Below, in pieces: positions 14,401 through 29,009 of a DNA stretch of 64,000 bases (positions are counted from its first letter, which is position 1; every line of letters starts with the position of its first letter). This stretch comes from Azolla caroliniana. Taxonomy: Eukaryota; Plantae; Polypodiophyta. The notes beneath the pieces are model-generated. The model had not been told where the DNA came from. It saw only the letters and a program-made list of their open reading frames with translations, and ran no database searches. The stretch is from positions 20,088,001 to 20,152,000 of the forward strand of contig JBHGNT010000007.1 in the NCBI GenBank assembly GCA_043228905.1, read 5' to 3'. Both the position numbers and the translations under genes were made by a program.

Positions 14401-17400
14401 CTCTCTCTACACATATACATTATATTGCTTGCATAACATTACCGGATCTTACTAAAGCTAATATTTGGCTACATGTGGCAACACACCTTTGGTGAAGCAA
14501 TGACATCAACGTTGAATTCTTTCCCCATCAACTCGAACCGATTCTTACGAATTTGAAATGAGGAAAGGTCAGATGATAGATCATGTGAATACCTTTATGT
14601 GTGATAACACTCATATGCACTAATGTTAAAAACGATACGATATCAAGGAAGCATGATGTGAAATATCATCACTTGAGGAAAGTTTTGCAACGGAACAATT
14701 CAATTGGAACGTGTTACAAATTATATCTAGTGGAAAATTGTTGTTCAATTTAAGAAATAGAAACAATCATAAAGTTAGGATTTTACTAGCATTGCCTCCT
14801 AGAAAGGCAATCGATTATTTTTTACATCCTAGTTTGAAAAGTAGTGTGTAAAGCCTTGATACTAGGGGGAGGAAAAGTTATTTTCCACACCCTTTGATTG
14901 TCTTTATCTATATTTATGAATAGGACCTCATATTTATCGTAGTTGTTAAAATTTGCATGGTATGTGCTTGTCGTTTTGCGTTATTTTCTCTTCTCATCTG
15001 TAATTGGTTTCTAAACGCTAATTTGACCCCAAGTTTGCAAATAGCATGCAATGGTCTTTTTTGGAGTATAAAATTAGGAATTATGATGCATCAATATAAT
15101 TCAAGGATAAATTGTCCTATTTTCATGCAAATGAAAATATGCCCAAAGTTGGAAGCATTAGACATTCTAAGAGTCGATTAGGGTAATAGAAGTGTTATAA
15201 CCTCATTAAGATGCAATGTCCCATGTGTTCACGATGACACATAGTGATGCTTATTGCTCTCACTCGTTTACAAATTTGAAAAACTTATTGCTTTCCATCT
15301 AGGTTTTTAGCATGATTCGTCATTTTGAGTTTAGCACTCCTTTCTCTCAAACCCACTTTGTTGGCACAAGGGCAAGTTTTCTAGCAAGGGCAATTTGAGA
15401 AAGGTTAACCTAGCATATTGTCCTGAAGGACACACCATGTGCTCATCGATCCCAAAGAAATTCAACCCATTACCACTCGATTTTGTTTCCATTAGCTAGA
15501 TTGCGCGCACATGGGAAACATACATGCGCAACCTGAACACTACCACATGGCCAAAAATCACGATCTGCCCTCTATTTACATCACAAAATTACACCACATT
15601 CTCTCATGGACACGTTACACCACGGATCGATAAAGAGAAACATTTTTTACAAATATAATTGCGTCCATACAAAAACCATAAGGATCATAGATCAAGTTCA
15701 TCTCATAATCACACTCCCTTTCTTTCACCTTTGCCTTTTCCCATTGCAAACTACAATGAAAAAGCAACCCCTTACTATTCAAACCAGAGGTGCGATATAG
15801 TGTGGGGTGGACCCTCATAGATAGAAATTTAATAAAAAGATAGTTGTGCCAAGTTGCTCCTTACATATGTATCTTCTTAACGAACATAAATTCTATTGAT
15901 CTTGTATACATGTTTGGATTGAGTGGTCCAATACTCTCTTTTGCATACATTGTGATGTATGTATCCATTGCCTCAAAAATATAATCACCTTCTTTTCAAG
16001 GGCATCCAAGAAAATATACAATAAACTCGATGTGAACTTGTTTGTCATCATTTATACATGTAACATAACCTTCATGCCATAACCAACATGAATAGAATCT
16101 TATCAAATTAGGAAAGAATGATGAGAGTTTTAAATGCTGAATCATATTTAGGGGTAAGATGCTTGACAAAATCTAATTATTCTAATGTTATGTCATTTAA
16201 TATGCTTTTGTAGGCCCCCCCAATAGATACATGCTTATATTCGCATAAATATATGCCACAAACTAAATTGCATTGTGCCAATTTTCTTAAGGCCTTGACC
16301 AATTTCATTGCATGTACAAATGTTGGAACAATTACAAGGCTACTAATAATAGGTCTAGATTTCCCTTTCATACCTTGTTCAAATGACATAAACACGAACT
16401 TCAAACTTTTTCGTAAACAAATGCGCTCACCCGATAATTTTTATAATTTCATGACTGTAGCTGATTAGATTGCTTGTCTTACTCTTGTTTAACGTTTATG
16501 GCCATCAAGGTTTGAACAAGGACCACAAACGTACTTTTTACCCTCGCGTTGCTTGCATGTTACGAGCAATTAAACAATTATATCAAATTAGTTTTTTTTT
16601 CCTTTTCCAATGTTACTCTCCAAATTAAAATCACCCATTGATATGAAGTTCTATTTTGAAAATATTTCCAAAGCATCAAAGTAGCTTTATATATTGTGAA
16701 TGACGAGGTATTAAAAATCCTAATTACCTACAATTGTTTCATTCTTCCGTGCATGCAATATTATTGGCTTAAATACACATATTGTATATAGAACAAGCCT
16801 ATGGTTGTTGGAGTTCATTTAATAGATTAAAGCGAAGTGGTGTTTGCCTATGCATATATCAACAATATGGTGCACAAAAGTCACAACTAAAATGCCCAAG
16901 TAACAGTGACCAATGTGTCGACCTTTTAGTCCTCGGTACATTTATCAAAGGTGAAAATTTTCAATGATCGGACATGCTAGTAAAATAAGGGAAATCCTCA
17001 TGCCAGCCGTTATGCATTTACGAACTAAATAAGGTGTAAGTGAAAATTTGATGGATCATATGGAAAACCATTCCAAAAGACCTTTTGTCACCATGCAATT
17101 GTTACATGTTTGTGACTACTAGAGAGAGGTGAAACTTGATCTCGAATGATATCTCCAATCCCTTGAAATAATATGTTAAGTAGTAAGCAAATATTTTCCT
17201 TTACAATATTTGTTTGAAGTTTGAGAAATATATGAAATGTTTCCACCTTGACATACAATATTACTTGTAGGTGATCATGTTTGAACTTTCACTCAACAAT
17301 TCATTAATATGTACTTTTTGAAGAATGGTAACGTGACATTAGATATCAAACAACCGCACAGAAGAAACAATTGTGTCAGTGTTTGGTTGTTTAGCTTTCA

Positions 17401-20400
17401 TCATTGCCATCATAAGTTCGCAATATGTTATTTACAATATTTTGTCAAATCAAGAGGGTGGCTGAATACTAACAATCATTAATGAAGATACCCCTCTTTA
17501 TTTTAAAGTGCATGTAGGTAGTTTAGATGGTATTGTGGAGATCTTCCTTCGTAGACATTGTACTGAATATTTCCGCTAATGAAGATGCCACTCTTTTACT
17601 CCAAAGTGCATTGGAGAGTGTCACTACTTCATTTAACCATTTACAACATAAAATGCACCAAGGGAAGTAAAGAGAAATCTACCAAGAAACATATCATAAA
17701 CATGCCACCTGAGTTATTGTAATCTACAAGCAAAGGTACTATGATTCGTTTAAGTTTGCATATCAACCTATTGTTAGCCTACAACATTCTAACATATTGT
17801 AAAGTGATTAGAAGGACCTCATATTATCTTCCCCTTTTTGGCTCACCAAATGTTCTACCGTGAAAACATAGAAAATAAGTTTAGGGATAATAGGAATAGC
17901 CAAAAGTTTACCATAGTCCAACAAATTTGTGTGGGTGTTATCAAAGAACATCTAAGGTTTCCTCATAAATACATTGAGCAAATGGCAAGTCTACCAAGTC
18001 CCAAACTTTCCGTAGGTTCACATTAAATATACTCAATTATGTGAGTTGATATTTGGATGAACGCCGCACTCCCAATTAGATCATTAATAGGCTTTAAATG
18101 CTACGCAAGCAACTCAATGTAGGACTCTGAGACTCTAAACAACTTGTCACCAATCCCAAGGTATCGAGAGATGCCTTTTGAGCTCCCTAGACTTGGACGC
18201 CTCCATCCATAGCCAATAACATAACACATTTTCAAGGCATATATTAAAAATATCATATCATTAATCTAGAACTTCGGAAAATTGCACATACGTGTTTTTC
18301 TTCTTGTTGGAAGTAAATACTAGAATGAATGCATAAGGAAGTGCGCTCTTTATCATTCAACTCTAAGCATCAACAATTTGGTCATGAGTAATAATCTCAT
18401 ATTTTTTTTATAATAAAAGCCTCACTCCCTAAATATATCCACATATAGCCGCCTCCATAATACATGGCAATTCTTTCCTGACAAGCATACAACCATGCCA
18501 TTATACAACCAAGCCATTTTAAATCTTGAATGGATATCTTCTTCACTCAAAAGGAATATTTATAATACCCATGTTTTATCATAGATTCCATGTGTATTCA
18601 TAGTTGAAACTTGAAACATTACAAGGCACAAACCAAATCTCACATTCAAAGAGAATCTTTGCATTGTCAACAATTTGACTTATTGGACCATGTCTCATCA
18701 GAATCATATTACTACTTCTGGAGAAGAACATGTTTAATTGACGTTGTTCAAGCCTTGCTTGAATTTGTGTAGTCCAATAAATGATGATCATTCTATTCTG
18801 CATAAAGTCACAGAAGCAATGGATAAATTTCCATGTGACCTAAAATTTGTGTTCTCTACTTGAAACATAATATCACTAATTGTACCATAACAAAATCCCT
18901 AATTTGTTGCTTAATGCTCTATTAGAATCAAAATATGGTAGTGATGAGGCTCAACAAAGTGTTATTCGTACTTGTTGCATGGCAATGATGCTGGCTTACT
19001 TGTTGAACCTAGGTTTGCATTACCTAATTGCTCACAAAAGATTGAGGCCCAACCCAAATTACATAGAAGTGGCAACTTCACAATGTTATGGTAGCTCCAA
19101 TTTTAAGGTGTCCAAGGAATTAGAGCTTGGCATATTGGTATTTATTTTATATTATGAGAGATGGTCCTACAAGAAGTTTCCATGTCAAAACCTCATGCAT
19201 AGAACCTAATAACCCATCATACACAAATCGAAGATTTAAGTTACTTCGAAGTATTCCAAATACTCAATGAATGCACGATCTCAAGTTCAGGTTTAGTGTG
19301 CATGGTTCAATGATGGCGTTTGACTATTTTAGGTATTAGAGTATATTATGGTAAGATTGAAGTATTTAAAAACATTTCTTTTTTATTATCTCAATGAATG
19401 TTGAAAGGATAATAGATTTTATCGTCATCACACGAGCACTAGGAGCACCTTGTCCCCAAAGGAGTCACCTTCATCACACCAAGACTCAACATCACCTTGA
19501 CTGAGACAATCTACTTTCCAATAAGGACTTTTTGTGTAGGAGGTTTAACAACTTTGGACATAATGATTCAATGCATATACCATTTCTTTGCCATCAATTC
19601 ATATAAGCCCATATTTTTTTCCTTTTGTTGTAGGCCAACATCCCCAAAATAGTTTATTTATTTCCCTTATTACAATAAACAATATTGAAGGACATACATA
19701 TGCACAACAACTGAGAAACTATATATCTATATCTATCTATCTATCTATATAAAGACAATGTTGTTAACATGTATTAGCATCTTAACACATCTATAAGAAT
19801 TTATGTTCAAATTTATTGCATCAAAAGCAACAATTAAAATTGGCAAACTGCCATAATCCAATGCCATTTGTAGATAGATTGGTGACACCAAACAAATTAA
19901 AGATCTTATTGCCCCACTTTTTCCAACTGCATAAGTTTGTGCATGTTAGTGCCTCCTCCGAATGCCAACCAAACATGACACCAACTCCAATCATATTCAT
20001 GCCATACGAGCATACATTGGTCTCGCACGCCTCCAAACCAAAGAGCCAATATGAGCTTACCCTCAAACACATGGAGTCAATACAACAAATGCACAAGCAC
20101 ATGCCTCAAGTGTCAATGTTCAATACAAATACCACTGATTCACATCTCTAGTACACACAGACAAGGCTTAGATAAGACTCCAAGAGTAGTAATCATACAT
20201 GGGCTCGGAGTATGCTTTTTAGGATCCAATCTGCCTCCAATTAATCGCGCATTCATATGCTAGAGGTCCAAAAACTCTTAGTTCGAGCCTTTCACACTAT
20301 GCCAGACACATTAGACACCCATGTCGATGATTTCTATGGAGTTATTAAAATCGAGAACTTTCTTATACCACAAAGAAAACCAAAAAACAAACCCATTCTA

Positions 20401-20414
20401 GCAAACCTTCCGCA

Positions 20415-23400
20415 TCATACAGGCACAACATCATCTTTTAAGCTATCTTGGCATATGAGTATTATACCAAAGAGATTTGTCGGAAAAAAGAGCTTTCCCC
20501 ATTGGCATCCTGTAGAGATGAGATCCGAAGGAGGCACAATCATCAATAAATTGTCGTTCTTCTTCTGAATCACACCCATTACTGTAACTGTACTTCCTTC
20601 TTTGATAAACCTGCATATGAACAAGAAACAACATAGCATGCTAAATCACAATGTGAATGCATTGCTGCCTTTATACAATGTGAATAACTGAACGTATGAA
20701 TGTTATGCTAAAGCTTATGCTTTATTATAACATTCAAAGCTCATGGGTTTGGTTCTAGTGTGATGGATCTAATGTTAGTTGTTCACAATGCCTTTTACAA
20801 GTTTATTTCTTTATTTCTTGCATCAGGAAAAGAAATGCTACCTATCATGATAATAAACCCTTGTCTCTAAGTGTAATGGACATAAAACATCCCTGAAAAA
20901 CTGGGTTACACAATGAAATGTAATGAATATAAATCACTGATAAAAGAATATGTCCACAACATACCCTTCTGATAGTCTCATTGCATTGTCACTGTTCGGC
21001 AAATTGTGGTCCAAAAGCCAACGTGATAAGTCCGGCGAAATCTCACGACTCTTTGCCACATCCACAATAGCGTTCTCATCTACATATGGTGTTACATTTG
21101 CCCCATAGCCCACTTTAACCAATGCTCTCAGCCCTGACTTATAGTCTGATATATAGAAATCGACCGCTTTCCGCTGAAAACAAGTTCAGAATTATATGAC
21201 TTCTTCATACATGAACATAACACTGATATAATGAGAAACACCCAGTATTTAATAAACGCATGGATTGATAAATACAGACGTGTAATATAAGAAACTAGCA
21301 TTAGAGTTTTGGAATGCACCAGCTTTCAATACCATATGCTGATGCATGAATGCATAAACACTTGATTATAACAAAAAGTACGGAAAAATCCCTTTAATGA
21401 ATGAGCATATGGATACGTACAAACATGGATAAATAGCATTATGAGGGGTTTATATGCCGTCTTAAACTTGATGCTAAAAAGTCTTGCTTTTTTATATACA
21501 TGTATGTGAAAATCCATGTGTTGCAACGATAAAAACAAATCAGGGTTAAGGCACTTCCACAAACCTCCATATATCTCAAACCCCAGGTGAACATTTTGTG
21601 GTTTGGTATAGTAGTGTTCGAATTCAGATTTCTATACTCGTACAATCCACACGATGTGTACACACACCGACTCACTTTCTGAAATGATGACTTCAGAGGC
21701 ACACTTGCACATGTGACAATCTGAAAACAAGCATATAAAATAGTTCAATTTTAGTCAGAATGTGTTGATTTTTACAACAAATTGGGTTTAAAGAAACAAG
21801 CCAAATTATGCATGATGACCAGTTCTTAGAAATGACAAATTCATTTAATTCAAAATAGCTGTATCTGGTGCCCATTTCTGGGGCTATGAAGATGGTTGAT
21901 TTTCTAGTAAAATAATTACACTATCTTTGGTGCCTTAAAATAAATACTTATTATTACTGAATTAATAGGTCAACCACCTTGAGAAGAGGTTTGTCACATT
22001 AAAGCCTTGAAATCCAAGATTTGAGCAACAGATTATAGTTGTGATTTAAGCAAAATGATGCATCTCAAAGCGTGTCATACATAATATCAAAGCGTTGTTG
22101 TTTGTGTGTACATTTAACATTTCAAAAATCCTGATAATAAACAATAGCCAAAAGTTTACAAAGAGAAAAACGTTCAGCATGAAAAATATTAGACCAAACT
22201 TAAATATTTTGTATTCAAGCCATGAATTTCCATCACTTTGCTCAATCAAGAGATGATGCATACTGAACCATGTGAGAGTGCCTCACGCTAAATCGCTGAA
22301 GAAAGCTATGTCATACCAGATTTGTTTATGCATTAGCAAGTATATTACCCAGAAAATATCATACAGATATCTCTAAAACATCACTTATTTGATGAAAATA
22401 TCACCATTCAGATATCTCCAAAATTGCCCTCAAAGCTAGGCCAGTCAACCCATCTCAGTCATCTACCATAAATACAGGGGTGTGTGGGTGTAAGAAAACC
22501 CCATCGACATGGACATTCATTAATTTTATTTCAGGTAAAGTAGCTATAATAGAAGGATGCATAGACATCATTCTTGTTTGTGTGAAGTAAGAAAACAATC
22601 GCATATAAATTTGTTTCTTTATTTGAGGGAACCATATGTGCAGTTTTCCGTGTTCCTCTACTTATTTCTAATCTTTTATTTCTGATCTTTCCACTATATG
22701 TCGCTTGCAGGGTAAGAGAACTCTTTCACAAGAGTTCCTTTTTAATACAAGCATTGAAGCCCACTACCCCAGTCAACCTTTTGTAACATCCTTACACATT
22801 TTTCTCAAAAGAATAATCAGCCAAACTTTGATATGTGAATGAAAAACTTTGGAAAACAGTCACAAGTATTATGGTGGAATTAAATAGCACTCACGCCTGT
22901 AATCTTCACATATTGGCCATCCTTTGCTTCATTCAAACCAAAATCTGGATATCGATTGACAAACTCCATTACAACTTTGCTTCCCATATAAGCATTCCAT
23001 ATCACCACGACCACCACGAAACTGAAGAGGCACACCACTACAATAAGAAGGATCGCGTTCTGGACGGCTGCCAATATGAATGCACCAGCAATGAATCCAA
23101 TTATAAAAAGTGGTACGACTGTCCATAATATGACTCTCGGAAGGTCCCGGATAATAGAGCAGCTTTGTGCAGCAGCGAGATGATTGATAGCTTGATTGTT
23201 AAGCACTTTATTTGACTGAAGGCTATGTGTTTTAGAGACTGAATTAGTATCAATGGGGCCTGAATTGATACCCAAAAGTTGCATGTAAGAAACAATGCAT
23301 AATTTAAAAAATTTAGTCTACTGGTTTTCTTAGTTGATGCCATGTAAGAATGAATGCACAACCAAACACTTCAATCTAAAGGTCTGAAATTGATGACAAA

Positions 23401-24511
23401 AGTTGCACACATAAAAACATGAGATCATAATCAAAATACTTCCATCCAATCTCTCTGGATGGATACTGAACAATCATATGTAAGATTGAGAGCATAATCA
23501 AACAATCTAATTAAAATTTTCTGATTTGAATCTAAAATTCCAATGCAAGAATGAGCATATAATCAAACATTTCAAATACAAAGGTTTCTGAATTGATTCC
23601 AAAAATCACGTGTAAGAATGAGAGCATAATCAAAAACTTCAACATAAAGGTCTCTGAATGGATGCCAAAAATCATGTGTAAGAACGAAAGCATTGTGGGA
23701 ATGAGAGCATAATCAAACAAAAATCTAAAGGTCTCCGAACTTATACCAAAAAGAACATGAAAGAGTGAGGATAGTAACAAAAACGTTGATATAAAGGTCT
23801 CTGATTTTATGCCAGACAATAATGTAAGAATCAGGACATTGACAAGCACATAACAGAAAGGTCTCTGAACTGATGCCAAACAATTGCATGCAAGAACGAG
23901 AGCATAATCAAACAATTCAATTAAGAGCATAATAAAAAACATTTGAAAAGAATCTAAAGGATGCATTAGTAAAAATGCTGACCAGAATGTTTCTTTGTTG
24001 CATTTACCAACGGAATGGGACCCGATGATACGATAAGACCAGTTGTCGGAAGGGGGGTAAGGGGACCCGAGTTTTGTCGGGAAGGAGGCCCCGGGGGTTT
24101 CAGGGTAGCTGATCCAGAAGAGCCCATTTTTGGGATTGGACCCGAGTGCGAATTGTGCCGCCCAAAAGTACCCAAATGTGTAATCTGAGGTGGCGGTGGC
24201 GGTGGTGGATTAAGTGGCCCCGAATGTGAAACAGACGAGGCTCTAAATGAACCTATTCTTCCTGAAGATGTTGACGATAGATTAGCAGCATTGTTTGAGT
24301 TAATTGGACCAGATTTCCTCACTTTCGGCGCCTCTATAACATTTATATCGAACATCTTTCCGAGTTCTCCAGACTTCTTTATATCTCCTCCTGTATAGGG
24401 CATTACTGTTGATTTCATGGTGGGTGTTCTTTCCTTGTGTTGTTCAGGGGCACCGGAGACATAGAGCCCATTACTAAGCTGATGTGAAAGTATCCTATTA
24501 GTACTACCCAT
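20415..24511 (-). CDS. SHOU4L: SHOU4/SHOU4L-like (At1g78880/At1g16860 family) plasma-membrane protein, ~484 aa; exons 24511-23983, 23259-22895, 21720-21565, 21173-20965, 20610-20415
   Basis: Family motifs SHQLSNGLYVSG..EQHKER.PTM.ST.MPYTGGDIKKSGELGKMFDI, repeated SGP motifs, two hydrophobic TM segments (LFIIGFIAGAFILAAV, ILLIVVVCLF), AKDGQYVKITG, RCVYTS..LYEYR, DFYISD..SGLRALVK.GYG, and C-terminal DVVPV*. GT-AG introns with compatible phases (1,0,0,2). Confidence 0.93.
23257..23965. repeat. Degenerate ~65-bp tandem array filling coding intron 1 of the SHOU4-like gene
   Basis: Recurrent unit AAAGGTCTCTGAA(T/C)TGATGCCAAAAA..CATGTAAGAA.GAGAGCATAATCAAAC, about 9-10 copies. Confidence 0.75.
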
Positions 24512-25560
24512 GTCTGGATAGTAATATGAATATGTATAAGGAGCTTATAGATCCACTTTCTTGAGAGAATTACAGTGAACCAAATGTACTAATTGCGGAT
24601 ATAGAATTCACTATATAGTGAACCAAATGTATTGAAATTCCCAGGAAGAAACCACATTTATCAACTCATTGGGGTTCTTTTGATACCATTTTTCTGAAGA
24701 AAAGCCTTTTCATAAGAGGCCCTAAAGGGTATCCTGAACACCTCACAAGAATGACTAGTCTTTACTTTAATGGTGAACAAAAGCTTTCCACCATAGTTTT
24801 GAAGAAGATCCAAGCAAAACCTACACAAAAAGATTCATTTCTAAGCATTCTGATACCATTTTCTCTGCAGAGAAACTCAAGTTCATTTCTCTGAAAAAAC
24901 GGAAGAGGATGCATCAAAAAGAGAACAAGGAGAGCGCAGGTTGAGAGAAGAACATGATGTGAAGAAACCGCAAAAGCTAAAACAACAGCAAAATGCAGGA
25001 AAATGAAGAAAAGTATAGATAATCCAAAAAGCTCAAAATCACAGAAAAATGAAAAAGGGCTCAATAGAATGCATCAGAATGGGAAAAAAACGAGAATATA
25101 GTCCGATAGAAGAAAATTTTGAATGCCCAAATCGCAGGAAAATGAAGGGAACAAATGCAGAAAAAAGAAGAAGAATGAAATAACAAGATGGAGAAAATTG
25201 TAGAAAAAAGGAATTAACGAATGGATAGAATTTGCACACAAAAAAAAAACAAAAAACAAAAATGTGCCGAAAATGTAAGGAGAGTTTCTTTTAACCTGAT
25301 TAGGAACAGAGGAAGGCCATAGAAGCTTCAATATATATATACATATACATAATACATATATGAGCTTCTCTCAGTCTAGAAATTTGAGAGCTTCACTGTT
25401 CCAACCATACACCTTTTATCTGTCAATTCTTTCCATTTTCTTTTTTCTGCCTTTCTCTTTCTGTGTGTTGTAGCTTTCAAAGGCACCAAACTCTCTGTAC
25501 CCAAAGCAACCAAATGCTTTTTCCTCCTCTCCCTTTTCTGGTGCTCTTCATGAGGCCCTC

Positions 25561-26460
25561 ATACATGTATGCTATGCTATGCTACTATGTATGTATGTAT
25601 GTATGTATGTATGTATGTATGTATGTATGTATGTATGTATGTATGTATGTATGTATGTATGTATGCTATGTTATGCTACTACTATGTATGTATGTTGTGT
25701 GTATGTGTGATATGTTGCTACTATGTATGTTTGTATGTATGCTATATTATGCTACTACTACTATGTGTGTGTGTGTGTATGTATGCTATGTTATGCTACT
25801 ACTACTATGTATGTATGTATGTATGTATGTATGAAGGTATGTGTGTATATGTGATATGCTATTACTATGTGTGTGTGTATGTATGTATGTATGTTTGTAT
25901 GCATGCATGCATGCATGTATGCTATGTTATGCTAATACTATGTATGAATGTATGAAGGTATGTGTGTATATGTGATATGCTATTGCTATGTGTGTGTGTA
26001 TGTATGTATGTTTGTATGCATGCATGTATGTATGTATGCTATGTTATGCTAATATTATGTATGTATGTATGAAGGTATGTGTATATATGTGATATGCTAT
26101 TGCTATGTGTGTGTGTGTATGTATGCTATGCTACTACTATGTATGTGTGTATGTGTATATATGCAATGTTACTACTATGTATGTATGTATGTATGTATGT
26201 ATTTATGTTACATATGTGTGTGTGTGTGTGTGTATGTATGCAATGTTACTACTATGTATATATGTATGTATGTGTGTATGCAATGTTACTACTATGTATA
26301 TATGTGTGTATGTGTGTATGCAATGTTACTACTATGTATGTATGCAATGTTACTACTATGTATATATGTATGTGTGTGTATGCAATGTTACTACTATGTA
26401 TGTATGTATGTATGTATGTATTTATGTTACATATGTATATGTTTGTGTGTGTATTCTATG
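25561..26460. repeat. Compound (TATG)n/(TG)n microsatellite-derived array
   Basis: Pure (ATGT)n at the start, then repeated blocks with GCTATGTTATGCTACTACT and later GCAATGTTACTACTATG spacers. Confidence 0.95.
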
Positions 26461-29009
26461 GATCCTTGTATGAACACCTGGTTGCAAGCAAGCCCAATTG
26501 TGTAGAGTAGGTATTGTACTTTTCATCTTTCTCGTAAATGATCTCTTGGTCTTTATTATTGTCTCACTCTTTCCCATCTCCGTTTTAATTCTCGTTGTTA
26601 GCCTCCAACCATGCACACACCCCTCGCTAATACATGGTAATTGGAATGCAAATTTGTTTGAGGCTTCTGTGTGCAAATTGTTATGTACATTAGCTTCGTA
26701 AATGTGAGTGGTTCTAACACATATGATGTTTTGGAAACGCTGCCTTGGAAAAAAGAGTGTTGCTTATTAGAAAGAACTAGTTTTGATGTCGATGCTTACG
26801 TGGGTAAATGTTAGAAAGGGTTTACGTTGGTGTAAATGAAAGCATTGCAAATGAAAAGGGTATGATACTAGCATTGTGGTGATTAGTTCATTACGAAAAG
26901 ATATAAGTGCTCGAACGAACCTTCCAAGGTTAAAGGGTTAGAACCTTTCGAGTGTAACATATTAGATTATATATACTTTGATTTCAATATTGCTGCCAAA
27001 GATATCTATTTCGTTTACATTGGTGTTGGATTTAGATATGCGCCAAGCATGATTTGAACGTGTGCACGATCAATCATATGTTAACAAATTTTCTTGTCAT
27101 TTGTTTGACCATGTGTTATTTATAAGCAAAATGCCAGTTTTTCTATTATGCTTTGGAAGACGTGAGCGCATGGTGAGCCATGTGCAAACCTTTGAATATT
27201 ATTCTATCATTTCTCTTTCATATATTGGGCACTCATCCCTTGTCACAACGATCGTCAAATCAAATGCCTTCCAAACATCAATAGTTCATCACTGTTATCC
27301 CCTGTCTTTTTTTTAATTTACATACAAACAACAAGAAGATGACTAATAGAATCGTTTGAGTGCCATCATATGTGGATTACCCATGGGCTAAATTTACATC
27401 TTGCACTATTGGTCATCCAATGGAAGACTTGTAACAAAACTGAAATGCAAATATAAGTACAAACAAATATACTTAGTACTTAAACTTAAGTTAAATGTAA
27501 TGAAAATCAATCATGGATCTCATGAAAATCACTAGAGGACAACCAATCACTTTTTGAGGGTCAAAGAATGATTGCGTGCTATCCTGGGCATGAAGAGCTC
27601 TTGTAAAAATATGTTTATCAATTCTAAAAAAGGCATAGAAATATTCGCATGTGTCCTTACCCTATTATGTTACATCACTTGTTTGAACACTTATTTTAAG
27701 GGTTAATTATGTGTTTGCTTGCTTGAGTGACAAGCAACAATTTGCGACTAGTTGTTATTTTGGTTTGTTAACCCACTATTATGCTATGACAATATCACAT
27801 TGTTCGATGATGATTGCATGAGCACCATTGCCAACATGTTTGACTAGAACCGAGTCTCCACACCTCCAAAAGTCTACCCCATACCCATTGTGTCTCATGT
27901 GCACACCAATGGTTAACCTTGACCCTGCTCCCATAATGCATCCCAAATAGTTGAGTTTAGCCTATTAATAGATGATCAAGACAACAACTAGTATATTCAA
28001 TTCCAATCAAGTGATGTTCTCTGCAATGACTTCTTGAGAATGTTCTATTAGAAGATTTCTTTCTAGGAAACCCACATGGGATTTTTCGCAATGTACCAAC
28101 TCGTAAACGAAGGGTTATTTTTGTTCTTTATCACTTATAACAACACTTGCGTAACCTAACATAAACTCCATGAGAAAGTCTTAAAAGCATCTTTCTGTTG
28201 GTGCTCCATGAGCATGTGTGGATAACTCTCAAGGCCCACTCAACTTCTTCAACACTACCTTCGAATTGGTAGAACAAGTGTCCTTGACATGGATTGGATG
28301 TACATGACTCATATGTTCAATTTGACGATTAGTATATTAGGCCCTCCCCCACAATTAATGAGTTACACTTTTGACAGCTTGTCTAATGCACAAAATATTG
28401 TCTCGACGTCAATCATTCTGCCACCAATTACACATTAAGCATCTAGTGCGCCCTCCACCATTCTTGGACACGTATGATCAAACATTATTAATATAACATG
28501 TTGCATAATTCTGGTTCCATGTGTGTTCTCTAGGTCCTAACCATGGAATGTGCCCACCTAGCGTTGATGGGATAGAATCTACACTCGGTGTCCAAGTCCC
28601 ACACTAGGAAGTCATGTCCTGTAATCCCCAACCCCTTATATGTTCCCATTATTACAATCAGTGCCCAACCAACATAATGCTTACAAAGGAAAAGAACCCA
28701 CTACAAACTTTATCAGAATTTTCTAGGCTAACATGCTCCACGTTGCTAATTGGCAACAAAGCTGCACAAGCAATGATAATTCAATGCAATAAGGCATTAA
28801 TAAACTAGTATGGGAATGGGTTTATGGTGCAAATCTCAAGAATATAAAACACATGACACTAGAGAATGTGTAGCAATGGCCATATAAAGTAGGAAAGAGC
28901 AATTTTCAGCTTCATGAATCCAAACAAGATTGTACGTGCCAGAAAGATCAATATTCGTAAAATAACATAGATATTTGAACTTGTTTAACAAATCTAAGAT
29001 TAGAGGAGA

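Noticed and set aside
10200-19200. Possible decayed DNA-transposon (CACTA/hAT-like) coding remnants
   Set aside because: No convincing motif, terminal inverted repeat or TSD could be read; it needs a translated HMM search.
23532-23966. 144-aa hydrophobic minus-strand ORF
   Set aside because: It lies in the SHOU4-like intron and is a by-product of the tandem array.
25463-26510. Several 120-146 aa ORFs rich in M/Y/V/C
   Set aside because: They are translations of (TATG)n repeats, which lack stops; not genes.
27800-28990. Possible ancient Gypsy integrase remnant on the minus strand
   Set aside because: Only a vague resemblance; too degenerate to call.
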